Origin: an uncultured virus (IMG/VR IMGVR_UViG_3300020049_007251)
Lineage: Duplodnaviria; Heunggongvirae; Uroviricota; Caudoviricetes
DNA: 64,000 bases
Virus record (IMG/VR): IMGVR_UViG_3300020049_007251
Direction: 5' to 3' (one strand)
Shown piece by piece: positions 1 through 9,867 of the stretch (its first letter is position 1; each line of letters opens with the position of its first letter). A program made the position numbers and the translations under genes. Below the pieces are notes generated by a model that saw nothing but the letters and a program-made list of their open reading frames with translations, did not search any database and had not been told where the DNA came from.

Positions 1-59
1 GAATATGTTGGTCATTGGATGAACGACTAAGAGATTCACCGAAAACAGTTTTCTCCGAC

Positions 60-94
60 GAGCCGCAGGCCAAAACTTGCGGCTCTTTTATTTA
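60..94 (+). terminator. Rho-independent terminator
   Basis: GAGCCGCAGG-ccaaaa-CTTGCGGCTC hairpin followed by TTTTATTT. Confidence 0.8.
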
Positions 95-106
95 TTAAAA
101 TAATTG

Positions 107-135
107 TTGCAATACAATAATACACATGCTATATT
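107..135 (+). promoter_or_regulatory. Sigma70-type promoter with extended -10
   Basis: TTGCAA (107-112), 17-nt spacer ending TGC, TATATT (130-135), directly upstream of the RHH gene. Confidence 0.7.
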
Positions 136-160
136 TTTACCAATGAAAGGAGCGAACGGA

Positions 161-301
161 ATGCCAAACATCATAATCAGAATTGATGAAAAGTTGAAAA
201 AGGAAATCAAGGTCTTGGCGGCAGAGAACGGCGTGACGATCACAAGCGTCGTTACGGATTTACTAAACAAGTGGTTAAAGAAGAAGGGGGCTAAAAAATG
301 A
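161..301 (+). CDS. Ribbon-helix-helix DNA-binding protein (Arc/CopG/ParG-like)
   Basis: MPNIIIRIDEKLKKEIKVLAAENGVTITSVVTDLLNKW fits the RHH pattern; AAGGAG RBS favours ATG 161 over the ORF-track start at 104. Confidence 0.8.
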   Translation: MPNIIIRIDEKLKKEIKVLAAENGVTITSVVTDLLNKWLKKKGAKK

Positions 302-504
302 GCTACGGAGAAAACCAAAAAGTCATCAATGAAGTGGGTGGGAATTATATGACCCGGCCGATTGCGGAATTGGTCGAAGATGATTATTGCGTTAATTGCG
401 GCGGGGAAGATGAGAAGGGCTTTGTCGCGGGATTATGCGAAAAGTGCCGCCGGGAGAATTACAAAGCACGAATGGCCGCTTCTAAAAATGCAGGGTTGCT
501 ATGA
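298..504 (+). CDS. Small zinc-finger protein
   Basis: CxxC...CxxC; ATGA overlap with the preceding gene. Confidence 0.6.
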   Translation: MSYGENQKVINEVGGNYMTRPIAELVEDDYCVNCGGEDEKGFVAGLCEKCRRENYKARMAASKNAGLL

Positions 505-639
505 ATTGGCCAGTCAAGTTATTGGCGGCCGCTTTAATCGCCGGGATGATTCACGGGCCGGTCAACGGTTCAATATTTGCAAAAAGCATGGCCGATAACG
601 ATGCGGATCGCCGGTCATTGCAATCAAAGGAGAAAGTCA

Positions 640-1749
640 ATGAGAGCAAGTTCGATTTCACTCGCTTCTAAGTGCCGCAAGTCGCCAAGCCTGAATACCG
701 GCTTCGGCAGTACAGCTTCAAATCTCGGGAACGCTTTCCACGAAGCGGCCCGGAATCGAGTATTGAATGTCGAGAATGACTTCGATTCACTCAAAATGCG
801 CTTTGGTCTTTCCGATAAAGACATTAATGGCATCAAGTCGGCTTTGTGGAATATCGAGATTAAAATCCCGATTGATGCGATCGTGTTCGCAGACGATCAG
901 AAGTTGACAGCCTTCAACGGCGCAATCACCGGGACGCCTGATCTTGGCATCATCGAAGTTGCAAAAAAGCGCGCGACGGTAATTGATTGGAAGTCGGGAT
1001 GGGCGGATGTTGAAGATCCCGAATCGAATTTGCAAACGATCAGCTATTTGATTTTGATCGCAGAGAAATGCCGCGAATTGGGGCTTCTTGAGATCGAAAC
1101 ATTTAGCGCGATGATCGTCTTGCCGAGGACGAATTCAATCAAAGCGTTTTCATTTAATCCGATGCAGTTAAGCAAGGCGATTTCCGACATCCTTGCGATT
1201 GTTAATGAGTCGGCAAGCCCGGACGCTCAATATACGACCGGGGCGCATTGCACATCGTGTTATGGATGTATGAAGTGTCCCGCGTTTGCCGGTGAGATAA
1301 TCCGATTCACGCAGTTAATCACCGACCCAAAGGCTACCGCCCCGATAAATTCCGTAGACGTCTTAAAGATTGCATTGCCTTTCGCAAAGACGATGACAAC
1401 GGTATCGGCCAAGATCGAAGCGGTAGCGAAAGCATACGTCGACCAAAACGGAAAGCTTGATCTCGGCGGCGGGATGACTTATGCAAAATACATCGAGCCG
1501 CGCGAGAAGATCGACCCGGTGAAAGCGATGCCGGTCTTGGAGTTATTTTTTAAGGACAAAGCGGTCGGCTTGATGTCGATCAGCAAGACAGCAGTTACCG
1601 AAGCGGCACAGGAAGCCGGGCGCGGCGTGAGCACAAAGGTTTTCACGCAGTTGAAAGAAGCCGGCGCAATCAAAGAAGAACAGTCAATCGCATACCGAAT
1701 CAAGAAAGGGGCAAACAATGAATCAGCAAAAATCAGCGACGGAAAATAA
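640..1749 (+). CDS. PD-(D/E)XK exonuclease (DUF2800/Cas4-like)
   Basis: GTPD and IDWKSG motifs, N-terminal Cys plus CxxC-x5-C cluster; AGGAG RBS before ATG 640; adjacent to recombinase. Confidence 0.8.
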   Translation: MRASSISLASKCRKSPSLNTGFGSTASNLGNAFHEAARNRVLNVENDFDSLKMRFGLSDKDINGIKSALWNIEIKIPIDAIVFADDQKLTAFNGAITGTPDLGIIEVAKKRATVIDWKSGWADVEDPESNLQTISYLILIAEKCRELGLLEIETFSAMIVLPRTNSIKAFSFNPMQLSKAISDILAIVNESASPDAQYTTGAHCTSCYGCMKCPAFAGEIIRFTQLITDPKATAPINSVDVLKIALPFAKTMTTVSAKIEAVAKAYVDQNGKLDLGGGMTYAKYIEPREKIDPVKAMPVLELFFKDKAVGLMSISKTAVTEAAQEAGRGVSTKVFTQLKEAGAIKEEQSIAYRIKKGANNESAKISDGK

Positions 1750-2665
1750 TGAAAATGCCTTATCCACAACAGAGCCAAAACCAAAATATGCTTTGGCTCA
1801 ATTAGCAGAAAAGTTGGCCGTAAAGTCAGACTTATTGACGGAGATATTGAAGAAAACCGCCTTTAAGGAGTGCAAGACTAACGAGGAATTTTATGCGGCC
1901 GTTGTTATCGCAAATTCTTACGGCCTAAATCCCATGCTCAAAGAAATCTACGCTTTCCCGGCAAAGGGCGGCGGGGTTATGGTGAGCGTGGGCATAGACG
2001 GTTGGATTAGATTGGTAAATCAACAGCCTACTTTTATGGGCCACAAGTTTATTCATCACAAAAACGAATCGGGGAAAGTTGAGTCGATCACATGCCAAAT
2101 CTACATCGCCGGGCGCGACTTTCCTATTGAAAAGACCGAGTATCTCGCAGAGTGCAAACGCTCGACAGAGCCTTGGGATAAATACCCGATCCGAATGTTA
2201 GAGCATAAAGCATTCATTCAGTGCGCGCGCTATGCTTTCGGGTTCGGCGGAATTTATGATTCGGATGAGGTGGAAAGAATCATTGAAACGGAAGGGAAAC
2301 CTTCAAGCGGCGATGATTCGATCGTGTCTTTAAGACGAGAAAACAAAGCGGTCGAAGTTGACCCGAAGAAGTCCGAACCGGCAAAAGCGTCACCGGCGGC
2401 CGAATCGAAGCCGGCCGTTGATGCCGAGATCGTAGACACAAAGCCTTCACCGTCAAATTTGGCGGCTCAAGAGTGGGCCCCGATCAGCGAAGGCGATCTT
2501 AAAGACCTTCTTGATGTTGCCGCAAAAGTCGATCACAGCGCGGCGCAAGTCAGTGAATACGTTTCAATCCGTTACAGCATCGACGATCTCGGGAAAATCC
2601 CGCGCGCTCTTTATAAAGAAATTATAACCCACTTTACGGCGATGGCCGGGAAAGGTGCAAACTGA
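1718..2665 (+). CDS. bet: RecT/Bet-family single-strand annealing recombinase
   Basis: YGLNPMLKEIY, VGIDGW, W-x-x-x-P-x-RML-x-HKA-x-x-QCARYAFG motifs typical of Redbeta. Confidence 0.9.
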   Translation: MNQQKSATENNENALSTTEPKPKYALAQLAEKLAVKSDLLTEILKKTAFKECKTNEEFYAAVVIANSYGLNPMLKEIYAFPAKGGGVMVSVGIDGWIRLVNQQPTFMGHKFIHHKNESGKVESITCQIYIAGRDFPIEKTEYLAECKRSTEPWDKYPIRMLEHKAFIQCARYAFGFGGIYDSDEVERIIETEGKPSSGDDSIVSLRRENKAVEVDPKKSEPAKASPAAESKPAVDAEIVDTKPSPSNLAAQEWAPISEGDLKDLLDVAAKVDHSAAQVSEYVSIRYSIDDLGKIPRALYKEIITHFTAMAGKGAN

Positions 2666-2666
2666 A

Positions 2667-2852
2667 ATGAACGTCGACGAAGCAAGAATCCTTGTCAAGG
2701 AGATCGAAAAGGTTAAGTTCGAAAAAACGGCGTGGGAATCGGCTTTCCTCGCTAAAATGCGGGATATGATTAAAGCGGGGGCTCGTTGTAGCCCCGCTCA
2801 AAGTCTATCGCTTCAATCAATCTATCGAAAATCACAGGAGAAAATCAAATGA
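2667..2852 (+). CDS. Hypothetical phage protein
   Basis: Compact ORF in an overlapping gene run; TAWESAFL motif. Confidence 0.55.
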   Translation: MNVDEARILVKEIEKVKFEKTAWESAFLAKMRDMIKAGARCSPAQSLSLQSIYRKSQEKIK

Positions 2853-3340
2853 AAATTGAAATTGATCTTGACGAAATATTGGGAGATGAAAGCGGGGCCG
2901 AAACACTTCAAGAGAGCGTGCGCCGGCAAGTAGTTGAGAGCATCGTCGCAAATATGAAGTTGGGCATTGGAAAGAAAATAGACATTGAGGTATCGAAGGC
3001 GATAAATGATGAAATCAAAAAAGCCCTCGCCGAACAGATGCCGACGATTATCAACGATCTGATGGACAAAGAATTTCAGTCCGTCAATCGTTGGGGCGAT
3101 CCAGAAGGGCATATGACAACATTTCGAAAAGCCCTTCTAAAGTCGATCAACGAAGAAATGGTGTATAAAAATACTTCCTACTCATCAGAACGGAACGCAT
3201 TCACAAATGCCGTGAATTCTTTAGTCGAATCCAAAGTCAACGATTTTAAAAAGGATTTCAATAAAAAAGTTGATGAAGGTTTTATCAATGACGCAATGAC
3301 TTACGCGCTCAATAAGTTAAAGGAAAGACTAAAAGTATAA
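2849..3340 (+). CDS. Hypothetical phage protein
   Basis: 163-aa ORF with AGGAG RBS. Confidence 0.7.
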   Translation: MKIEIDLDEILGDESGAETLQESVRRQVVESIVANMKLGIGKKIDIEVSKAINDEIKKALAEQMPTIINDLMDKEFQSVNRWGDPEGHMTTFRKALLKSINEEMVYKNTSYSSERNAFTNAVNSLVESKVNDFKKDFNKKVDEGFINDAMTYALNKLKERLKV

Positions 3341-3375
3341 AAAATTCCGGCCACGTCGGAGAAGGGATTTAAAAA

Positions 3376-4650
3376 ATGAAAATCATCAATTTAATCGCCC
3401 GCAACATCAAGAATCTGAAAGCGATCGAAATAAAGCCCGACGGGAAGCCGGTCATATTAGTCGGCCCCAACGGCGCAGGCAAGAGCGCAATCATGGACGC
3501 AATTCTCACAGCCTTGACCGGCAAGCGGTTCGATCAGATCATCCGCAACGGTGAGAAAGAAGCGGAAGTCGTCGTCGATCTCGGTGATTATATCGTCCGC
3601 AAGCGGTTCGTTGCCGATCGCGCGACGCTTGAGATCACAACGAAAGAAGGATTCAAAGCCCCGAGCCCGCAGGCTCTACTTGATAAAGTCGTCGGGAAGA
3701 TCAGCTTTGACCCGTTATCATTCGGCCGCATGAAGCCCAAAGAGCAGGCGGAGCAGTTGAAGGAATTAGCCGGCCTGAAATTGGACGATCTCGAAGCGCA
3801 AGAAAAAGAAGCATTTGACAAAAGAACGATGGCGAAAAAAGCGAATGCCGATTTGGTCGCGCAGTTGTCCGGAATGTCAACACCACCCGAAGGTATGCCG
3901 ACCGAGCCGGTGTCATATGATGATGCGATTGAGCGTGTCAACATGCTTTATAAACGCCGGGAAGAATTCAACAAGGTCACAGCGGCCCGCGATCAGGTTG
4001 CCGTCAATATTCAAAAACTTTCAGATCAGATCAAGCAAGTCGAAGAACAGCTTGCTAGCATGAAAGATAAGCTTGCCGAGGGAAAGCAGGCGTTCAAAGA
4101 AATTGTCATGCCCGAATTTGTTTCAGATGAACAGATCGAGGATGCCGCGCAAGCCGTCAAGGCGGTCGAAGAAGTCAATCGCTCAATATCCGAAGCCAAG
4201 AAATACAACGAAGTCAAAGCAAAGGCCTTGGCGTCAGGTGTTTCCGTTGATGCTCTGGACGTTGCTCTTGAGCTGATTCGCGATCAAAAGAAAGAGCGCA
4301 TTGCGGCCGCCAAGTTCCCGATCCCGGGCTTGTCCGTTGAAGGTGAAACGGTCTTTTATAACGGCATTCCCTTTGATCGTTTGAGTACGGGTCAGCAGAT
4401 CCGCGTCAGTGTAGCGATCGCGATGTCTTTGAATCCGACCTTGCGGGTGATATTTATCCGTGAAGGTAGCCTTTTAGATGATGCCGGCTTCAATGAAATT
4501 ATTGAAATGGCCGAAGCAAAGGACTATGACGTCTTTATTGAGAAAGTTGATGACGGAATTTGCTCCGGGATTCACATCGAAAACGGGGAGATCGTGACTA
4601 AAGAAGGCACAGCAGGCAAAGAAAGCCCGGAAAACGCAGGGAAGGCCTAA
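3376..4650 (+). CDS. SMC/ABC-type ATPase with central coiled coil
   Basis: Walker A GPNGAGKS, long coiled coil, LSTGQQ signature, IFIREGSLLD Walker B/D-loop region. Confidence 0.85.
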   Translation: MKIINLIARNIKNLKAIEIKPDGKPVILVGPNGAGKSAIMDAILTALTGKRFDQIIRNGEKEAEVVVDLGDYIVRKRFVADRATLEITTKEGFKAPSPQALLDKVVGKISFDPLSFGRMKPKEQAEQLKELAGLKLDDLEAQEKEAFDKRTMAKKANADLVAQLSGMSTPPEGMPTEPVSYDDAIERVNMLYKRREEFNKVTAARDQVAVNIQKLSDQIKQVEEQLASMKDKLAEGKQAFKEIVMPEFVSDEQIEDAAQAVKAVEEVNRSISEAKKYNEVKAKALASGVSVDALDVALELIRDQKKERIAAAKFPIPGLSVEGETVFYNGIPFDRLSTGQQIRVSVAIAMSLNPTLRVIFIREGSLLDDAGFNEIIEMAEAKDYDVFIEKVDDGICSGIHIENGEIVTKEGTAGKESPENAGKA

Positions 4651-4689
4651 TTCTGTTAGATTGTGGGCATTTTAAAACGGGGGTCAACA

Positions 4690-5034
4690 ATGATAAAACA
4701 GCAAGAATTTGATTTTAGTCAAGCCGAGATCAATAAACGGGATGGAATGAACCGCGCGGAGTTAAACGCGGAGCATTTAAACTCTGGATGGCACAGCGAT
4801 GCGCTTCAACACCTAAACGAATTCCTTGAAATTAATCCCGGCAGTTTTATGGCTGAAAATGTTCGCGCTTGGGCTGACCGCCGTGGGCTCCCCGCTCCGC
4901 CAAGTCTTAGGGCTTGGGGGGCCGTAATCATGAAGGCTTCAAAGATGAAAATGATTGAATTTGTCGGTTACGAAAAGACGACAAGCGCAAAATCAAACGG
5001 AACGCCGGCGAGCGTTTGGAGAAAGAGGAATTAA
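4690..5034 (+). CDS. Hypothetical phage protein, possibly DNA-binding
   Basis: ORF in co-directional run; basic C-terminal half. Confidence 0.6.
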   Translation: MIKQQEFDFSQAEINKRDGMNRAELNAEHLNSGWHSDALQHLNEFLEINPGSFMAENVRAWADRRGLPAPPSLRAWGAVIMKASKMKMIEFVGYEKTTSAKSNGTPASVWRKRN

Positions 5035-5313
5035 ATGGAAGAATATCCAAGTGTTTTGAGTTTAATTAGAGCGCAAAAGGTTAAGTTCTACAATAAGCCT
5101 GTAAATAATCACACGAAGCTAGTGATTATGCTCAACGTTTCAGAGTTGCAAAGATTGGCCGATGAAGTTCCGATTTCAAATTCAATTTATAATGATTTAA
5201 TTGCTTTGATGGAAGGAACCGTATCGAGGATTTTAGTTGTCGGCGTGTTTATCGAGATCGGAACGCCGAAAGAAAAGAGAGAATCTTTAATTTATAAATT
5301 CCCGTCAGAATGA
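5035..5313 (+). CDS. Hypothetical protein
   Basis: Abuts preceding stop; 92 aa. Confidence 0.55.
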   Translation: MEEYPSVLSLIRAQKVKFYNKPVNNHTKLVIMLNVSELQRLADEVPISNSIYNDLIALMEGTVSRILVVGVFIEIGTPKEKRESLIYKFPSE

Positions 5314-5343
5314 CGGATTAAAAACAAAAAAGGAGATAATAAA

Positions 5344-5709
5344 ATGGTGCACGATAATCAAGTCAAAGAAGGTGAAGAAGAAACGGCGGCCGCTGAAAAT
5401 ACCGGAGAGGACATTAAGATCAACAATGAAGAAGGTGAATTCACTTCCGAGCTATATCAAGTTGACGGCAAAGGTCAGCTTGAACTAAACGGAATCGACA
5501 CACCGATCGGCGAAAAGGCCGAAGCGTTTCTTCAGGCCGATGCACAGTTTAAGGCCGCAGTAGAAAATCGTCAAGCGGCGATGACTGACTTAGTGTCGGA
5601 AATGAAAGCGCGCAACATCAGAACACTGAAATTCAAGGGCGACAATCTCCAATATCAACCCGGACATATTACGCCCGAAAAGATCAAATTCGTCCCGAGT
5701 TCAACATAA
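5344..5709 (+). CDS. Hypothetical acidic protein
   Basis: AGGAG RBS; 121 aa. Confidence 0.65.
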   Translation: MVHDNQVKEGEEETAAAENTGEDIKINNEEGEFTSELYQVDGKGQLELNGIDTPIGEKAEAFLQADAQFKAAVENRQAAMTDLVSEMKARNIRTLKFKGDNLQYQPGHITPEKIKFVPSST

Positions 5710-5716
5710 AAGTGAT

Positions 5717-5747
5717 GGGGCCGTGCGGTATCGTAACCGCCGGCCCC
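5717..5747 (+). other. GC-rich intergenic stem-loop
   Basis: GGGGCCG-tGCGGT-atcgta-ACCGC-CGGCCCC; no U-tract, so not called a terminator. Confidence 0.6.
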
Positions 5748-5903
5748 ACTGAAAGGTCAAATGAAAAAGAAACCAAAAACGCGATTCAAGAATAAGCGCG
5801 GAACAGTAAGCAGAAAATATTTAATTAAGGGTGACGGTAAGAAGAATCGCCGCGCAAATCAAATTAGAAACAGAACGCTAAGAATAACCGAGGAGAAGTC
5901 AAA

Positions 5904-6389
5904 ATGAGAAAGCAACAATTACCAGAACCGACAGAATCAGGGGAAAGTATTTTTTTGGGAATTAATGTCGTTCTTTCGCTGATTCTTTTAATTGTCATCA
6001 TTATTGGTGCTCACTTAAATAAAAAGTCTAATGACTCCATGACTGGCCGTTTGAACATTATCGAGAATAAAGTGTGGGAATTGAAAAAAGAATTAACTGA
6101 TCGCAAAATCGTCGGGGAATATTTCGACGGTGAAAGATGGTGCAATCTCAAGAGGGGGACATACAACAATGACGATTATGGTGGGTTTACTTGCATCTAT
6201 CCGCCGACCGAAGAATATAATTATTGGGTTTTTGATTATACGATAGTGGCAAATCAAAGAATCGTTTGGTATGAAAGCCCGAATGCAGATTTTACAAAAA
6301 AAGAAGAAGATCGACGTGCTAAAGCCAAGCGAAGTATCGAGAAAAAATTCAGTAAAAATAACTGTATAAGCCAAGCGGTGTCAAAATGA
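5904..6389 (+). CDS. Hypothetical membrane-anchored protein
   Basis: One N-terminal hydrophobic helix; GAGGAG RBS. Confidence 0.65.
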   Translation: MRKQQLPEPTESGESIFLGINVVLSLILLIVIIIGAHLNKKSNDSMTGRLNIIENKVWELKKELTDRKIVGEYFDGERWCNLKRGTYNNDDYGGFTCIYPPTEEYNYWVFDYTIVANQRIVWYESPNADFTKKEEDRRAKAKRSIEKKFSKNNCISQAVSK

Positions 6390-6736
6390 TTACTTGCAGA
6401 AAATGCCAAGGCCCCATCGGTCAGATAGATAAAAAGGGGACAATCGGGTGCATGTGGTGCGACGGGATTAAAGGGAATCCCAAGCACTTCGGTTTTCTCA
6501 CCCTCGCCGAAGTCATTGTCTTGATTCTCGTATTGTCCGCTTTTTTTATGTTTTTCGCAATATCCGGGCTTCAGCGCATCGAACGGATGCAAAAACAAAT
6601 CGTCGCTGACGTTCTTCACGAACAGCAAGAAGCGATCGCCGGGCAAATAGAATTCGAAGCCGAAAAGGTTATAACTAAAAAAGAGCGGGTTCGGTGCATG
6701 GCCGACCCGCTAAAGTGTATCGGGGGTGTCAAATGA
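6386..6736 (+). CDS. Hypothetical membrane protein with N-terminal Cys pairs
   Basis: CxxC...CxxC followed by one TM segment. Confidence 0.6.
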   Translation: MITCRKCQGPIGQIDKKGTIGCMWCDGIKGNPKHFGFLTLAEVIVLILVLSAFFMFFAISGLQRIERMQKQIVADVLHEQQEAIAGQIEFEAEKVITKKERVRCMADPLKCIGGVK

Positions 6737-7329
6737 GAAGTTGGCTCAATAAAGACTCTGGCCTTTTAAATCGCCATGTAATTTTTCTCATAATTATTTC
6801 GGCGGTCGGAGCAAATTTAAGCCGGGAATTATTCATGCCGAAAAACGCTTGCGCCGGGAGCAACTTTTCAACGTTGTCAGAAATAACCAATGTCGTAAAA
6901 ATTAAAAATGACGATGAAATGCAAGAGATCATTGAGGAGATCCGCGAAGCCAGAGAACTAAGTCAAAAAGGTTTAAGCAAAGAAAAGCTCGACGAGTATC
7001 TTGCGATAGCAAACGAAGTATTGAGGGATAGTTCTTCGAGCGCAGTTTATTATGAATGGCTTTTGTATGAGCTTAGCAAGAACATCGATCAGCCAAACTT
7101 GTTTCACTTAGACATGGCTTTATTCTCCGAGCAGGTGAAGCGTGACGGCAGAGATACAGAATTCTTCTCGAGGAAAGAAAGAAACAACGTCCGAATTGCA
7201 GTAAAGGAAAAGAAATTTGACTATGCCTTGCAGATGATTAAAGAAGCAGAAAAGAAATTAAAGTCAAGTTCGGCAGTAGCGGCAATGGTTCAGGTGGGAT
7301 CAATCACGTCAACTTTGTGGCATCCTTAA
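6733..7329 (+). CDS. Putative exported helical protein (allele A)
   Basis: Hydrophobic N-terminus, then a domain homologous to 54117-54689 with many synonymous differences. Confidence 0.75.
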   Translation: MRSWLNKDSGLLNRHVIFLIIISAVGANLSRELFMPKNACAGSNFSTLSEITNVVKIKNDDEMQEIIEEIREARELSQKGLSKEKLDEYLAIANEVLRDSSSSAVYYEWLLYELSKNIDQPNLFHLDMALFSEQVKRDGRDTEFFSRKERNNVRIAVKEKKFDYALQMIKEAEKKLKSSSAVAAMVQVGSITSTLWHP

Positions 7330-7340
7330 AGGGGGATTTT

Positions 7341-7933
7341 ATGAAAAAAAATAATAGTGATTTTTGGTATAACTTTGGGTTTATCGCTTTTGCCGTATCA
7401 TTCTTGATCCCGTATTATTTGACTTTCTTTCAAGTAAGGGAGATCAAAAACTATATCTTAGAAATTAAATCCGAAAAAGCNNNNNNNNNNNNNNNNNNNN
7501 NNNNNNNNNNNNNNNNNNNNNNNNNNNNNNNNNNNNNNNNNNNNNNNNNNNNNNNNNNNNNNNNNNNNNNNNNNNNNNNGATTTTTGGTATAACTTTGGG
7601 TTTATCGCTTTTGCCGTATCATTCTTGATCCCGTATTATTTGACTTTCTTTCAAGTAAGGGAGATCAAAAACTATATCTTAGAAATTAAATCCGAAAAAG
7701 CCGTTTTCGACGCTCCCTACGAGCCTCTTCTGGAGTTAAGCAAAGAGTGTTGGGTAAGGGCTCTGGACACACTCAACCAAATCAGGAAAGACAAAGACAT
7801 CAAGAACCCGTCGATGATGATTGGTACAAAGCAGAATATCGGGCACGCTTGGATTAGATACGAGAAGAACGGCAAGGTTTATAACTACGATCCGGCCTTT
7901 GGGAAATTTATCAATATTGATGAGAGTAGATAG
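7341..7933 (+). CDS. Membrane-anchored transglutaminase-like protein, split by the scaffold gap
   Basis: Intact copy at 54701-55072; here interrupted by N run and a 122-bp duplication. Confidence 0.6.
7481..7579. other. Scaffold gap (99 N) with overlapping flanks
   Basis: 7359-7480 is repeated at 7580-7701. Confidence 0.95.
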
Positions 7934-7950
7934 CAAGGGGGATAAAACAG

Positions 7951-8322
7951 ATGGATAACGAACTTAAGAAATCAATAGATGCTTTAAATAGTTTCATGGA
8001 CGGTTCAGTAGCAAAAACTCCTCCAACGATAGCCTATATAGATGGAAAACCCGCAGGAGAATATTTTATGGATAAAGAACTCAGAGAGCAGATAGAAAAG
8101 GTGGCAGCTGATATGTTTGAGCATTTATGTGACCCATTGACTTGGGAAGCCGCAGACCAGCAGCCTAGTTTAAAGAAGAATTATTTAAAACTCGGTAAAT
8201 TCCATATTCAGCGGACACTTGAGGCAAGGATTGATGAAATTGTCAGTAATAAATGGTGCGAAGACATGAACGATAGAATATTTGAAATTAAGCACCAACT
8301 CCAACAACTAAAGGACGGGTGA
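7951..8322 (+). CDS. Hypothetical protein (copy 2 at 55090-55461)
   Basis: ORF conserved in both copies; differences mostly synonymous. Confidence 0.7.
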   Translation: MDNELKKSIDALNSFMDGSVAKTPPTIAYIDGKPAGEYFMDKELREQIEKVAADMFEHLCDPLTWEAADQQPSLKKNYLKLGKFHIQRTLEARIDEIVSNKWCEDMNDRIFEIKHQLQQLKDG

Positions 8323-8498
8323 GATGAGCAAGGAGCTTAAGCCATGTCAAGTCAATGTTAGATACGAGGGTACTGCTTATGCTCGTATGTGTAAATATCC
8401 ATCGGTTATTAAAATCGGAAACACCTGTATGTGTCGGTATCACTATCAACAATATATGAAAAGCCCACAACCGCAATCGACCGAGGAGAGGTGAAGAG

Positions 8499-8729
8499 AT
8501 GAGCGTGGGAAAGATAACCATAAGTAAACCGAAAGCTAAATATGGCGACACTGTTCTTGTTTTAAATTACAGGAAGACACCAAAAGTATGGCAAGAGGGA
8601 GAAGTTAGAGGCGTTGCTTATAAAAGTGGTTTTGGTGAACGTTTTTCGTGGGTATACGATATTTATATTGATACAGGTAAAGGTTATTTCATTTACGTTG
8701 GCGATGAAGCTATTAAGGAGCCAAAATGA
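8499..8729 (+). CDS. Small beta-barrel (SH3/KOW-like) protein (copy 2 at 55638-55868)
   Basis: KYGDTVLV...GEVRGV...YDIY pattern; GAGGTG RBS. Confidence 0.55.
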   Translation: MSVGKITISKPKAKYGDTVLVLNYRKTPKVWQEGEVRGVAYKSGFGERFSWVYDIYIDTGKGYFIYVGDEAIKEPK

Positions 8730-9391
8730 GCGACGCAAATAAGAGTGAAGAGTTATTGCCGTGTCCTGGTTGTATGGGTATTAAATTAACCAAGTGGCGA
8801 AGAGCAATTGAAATGGCAGTTTTATGCGAGGATTGCGGATTTAATGCTCCCACAATAATCCAATGGAACACCCGCAAGTATCTTGTAGAGAACACGTCAG
8901 AGAAGAAGTGTATAAAATGTAAGACCCCAACCGATACTTATGGATTAAACTCTGTTCCGATGTGTGGTAAGTGTATGTCTGAGATGTATGCGCCGGAGAA
9001 GAATCTGGAAGAATACCATTACAGCCGTGGTTATAGTAACGGATTTAAAGAGGGGCAGAACAACATTCTTCAACACACAATTAAAAATGAGCAGTTAAAA
9101 ACAAATATAACCATGTCAATCCCCGAGCGGAGGGTTCCGACGGTGGAAGAGATGAATAAATTATCCCCTCTGCCTTGGAAACTCTTTGGTCTTGACCGTC
9201 CGTGGAATGAGTTTGTAGAACAATGCAACCAGTTATCTCCAGACAAAGAAAAATATGTTGGTTACTGTATATCCGCAGAAAACAATGATATTGTTTGCCT
9301 ATTTGGACCTGGACCAAAAGCCTACGAAAATGCTCTAATGGTCGAGCAAGCCATCCACGCCCTATTCGCCAAGACGGAGGAAAAGCAATGA
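8726..9391 (+). CDS. Protein with Lar-like N-terminal zinc ribbon (copy 2 at 55865-56530)
   Basis: LLPCPGC...VLCEDCG...WNTR resembles the restriction-alleviation Lar pattern. Confidence 0.55.
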   Translation: MSDANKSEELLPCPGCMGIKLTKWRRAIEMAVLCEDCGFNAPTIIQWNTRKYLVENTSEKKCIKCKTPTDTYGLNSVPMCGKCMSEMYAPEKNLEEYHYSRGYSNGFKEGQNNILQHTIKNEQLKTNITMSIPERRVPTVEEMNKLSPLPWKLFGLDRPWNEFVEQCNQLSPDKEKYVGYCISAENNDIVCLFGPGPKAYENALMVEQAIHALFAKTEEKQ

Positions 9392-9867
9392 TTGAGAATC
9401 ATGTTACGAGTTTGGAGTTGAGTAAGAAGCTTAAGGAGTTGGGGGTTAAGCAAAGTTCTTTTTTCTATTGGACTGAAACAGATAATGCGGCTGGTACAGG
9501 ATACGATGCTTATGTTTTTTCTGGCGAAGACGCTATGGCTTGGGCTTCACCATTTAGATATTCCGCCTTCCTATCGTCCGAGCTGGGGGAGTTGTTGCCG
9601 CCAAAGATTGATATTGAGAATGGAGATAAGCAGTTTACCAATGGTGGAATTTGGAAAGAAGAAGCTCATCTTGTCTGTGGTAAATTTAAAACCCCTGAGC
9701 CATTGCAAGCTTGGTACTGTGATTATCAAATATATCGACCAAAGCCTTACGATAAGCAATTTGAGTTATACCACGGAGAGAAAGCAGTTACCGAAGCCGA
9801 CGCCAGAGCCAAAATGTTAATTTATTTAATCCAACAACGTCTTGTAAATACAGAGGATAAAAAGTGA
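9388..9867 (+). CDS. Hypothetical phage protein (copy 2 at 56527-57006)
   Basis: GGAGG RBS before ATG 9388; SLELSKKLKELGVKQ...SELGELLP...EADARAKMLIYLI. Confidence 0.7.
   Translation: MIENHVTSLELSKKLKELGVKQSSFFYWTETDNAAGTGYDAYVFSGEDAMAWASPFRYSAFLSSELGELLPPKIDIENGDKQFTNGGIWKEEAHLVCGKFKTPEPLQAWYCDYQIYRPKPYDKQFELYHGEKAVTEADARAKMLIYLIQQRLVNTEDKK

Larger units (their letters stand above)
1..7480 (+). mobile_element. Early/recombination region of phage A (partial genome)
   Basis: Co-directional phage-type genes (RHH regulator, PD-(D/E)XK nuclease, RecT/Bet, SMC-like ATPase, small ORFs); visibly richer in GC and CG than 17-54 kb; homologous to the phage B arm only from about 6850 onward. Confidence 0.8.

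Noticed and set aside
1..7480. Host chromosome flank / prophage attachment site
   Set aside because: The genes are phage-type, and no integrase or att-like junction was seen.
7359..7701. 122-bp tandem duplication around the N run
   Set aside because: The copies flank a scaffold gap and the gene is uninterrupted at 54701-55072; an assembly overlap, not biology.
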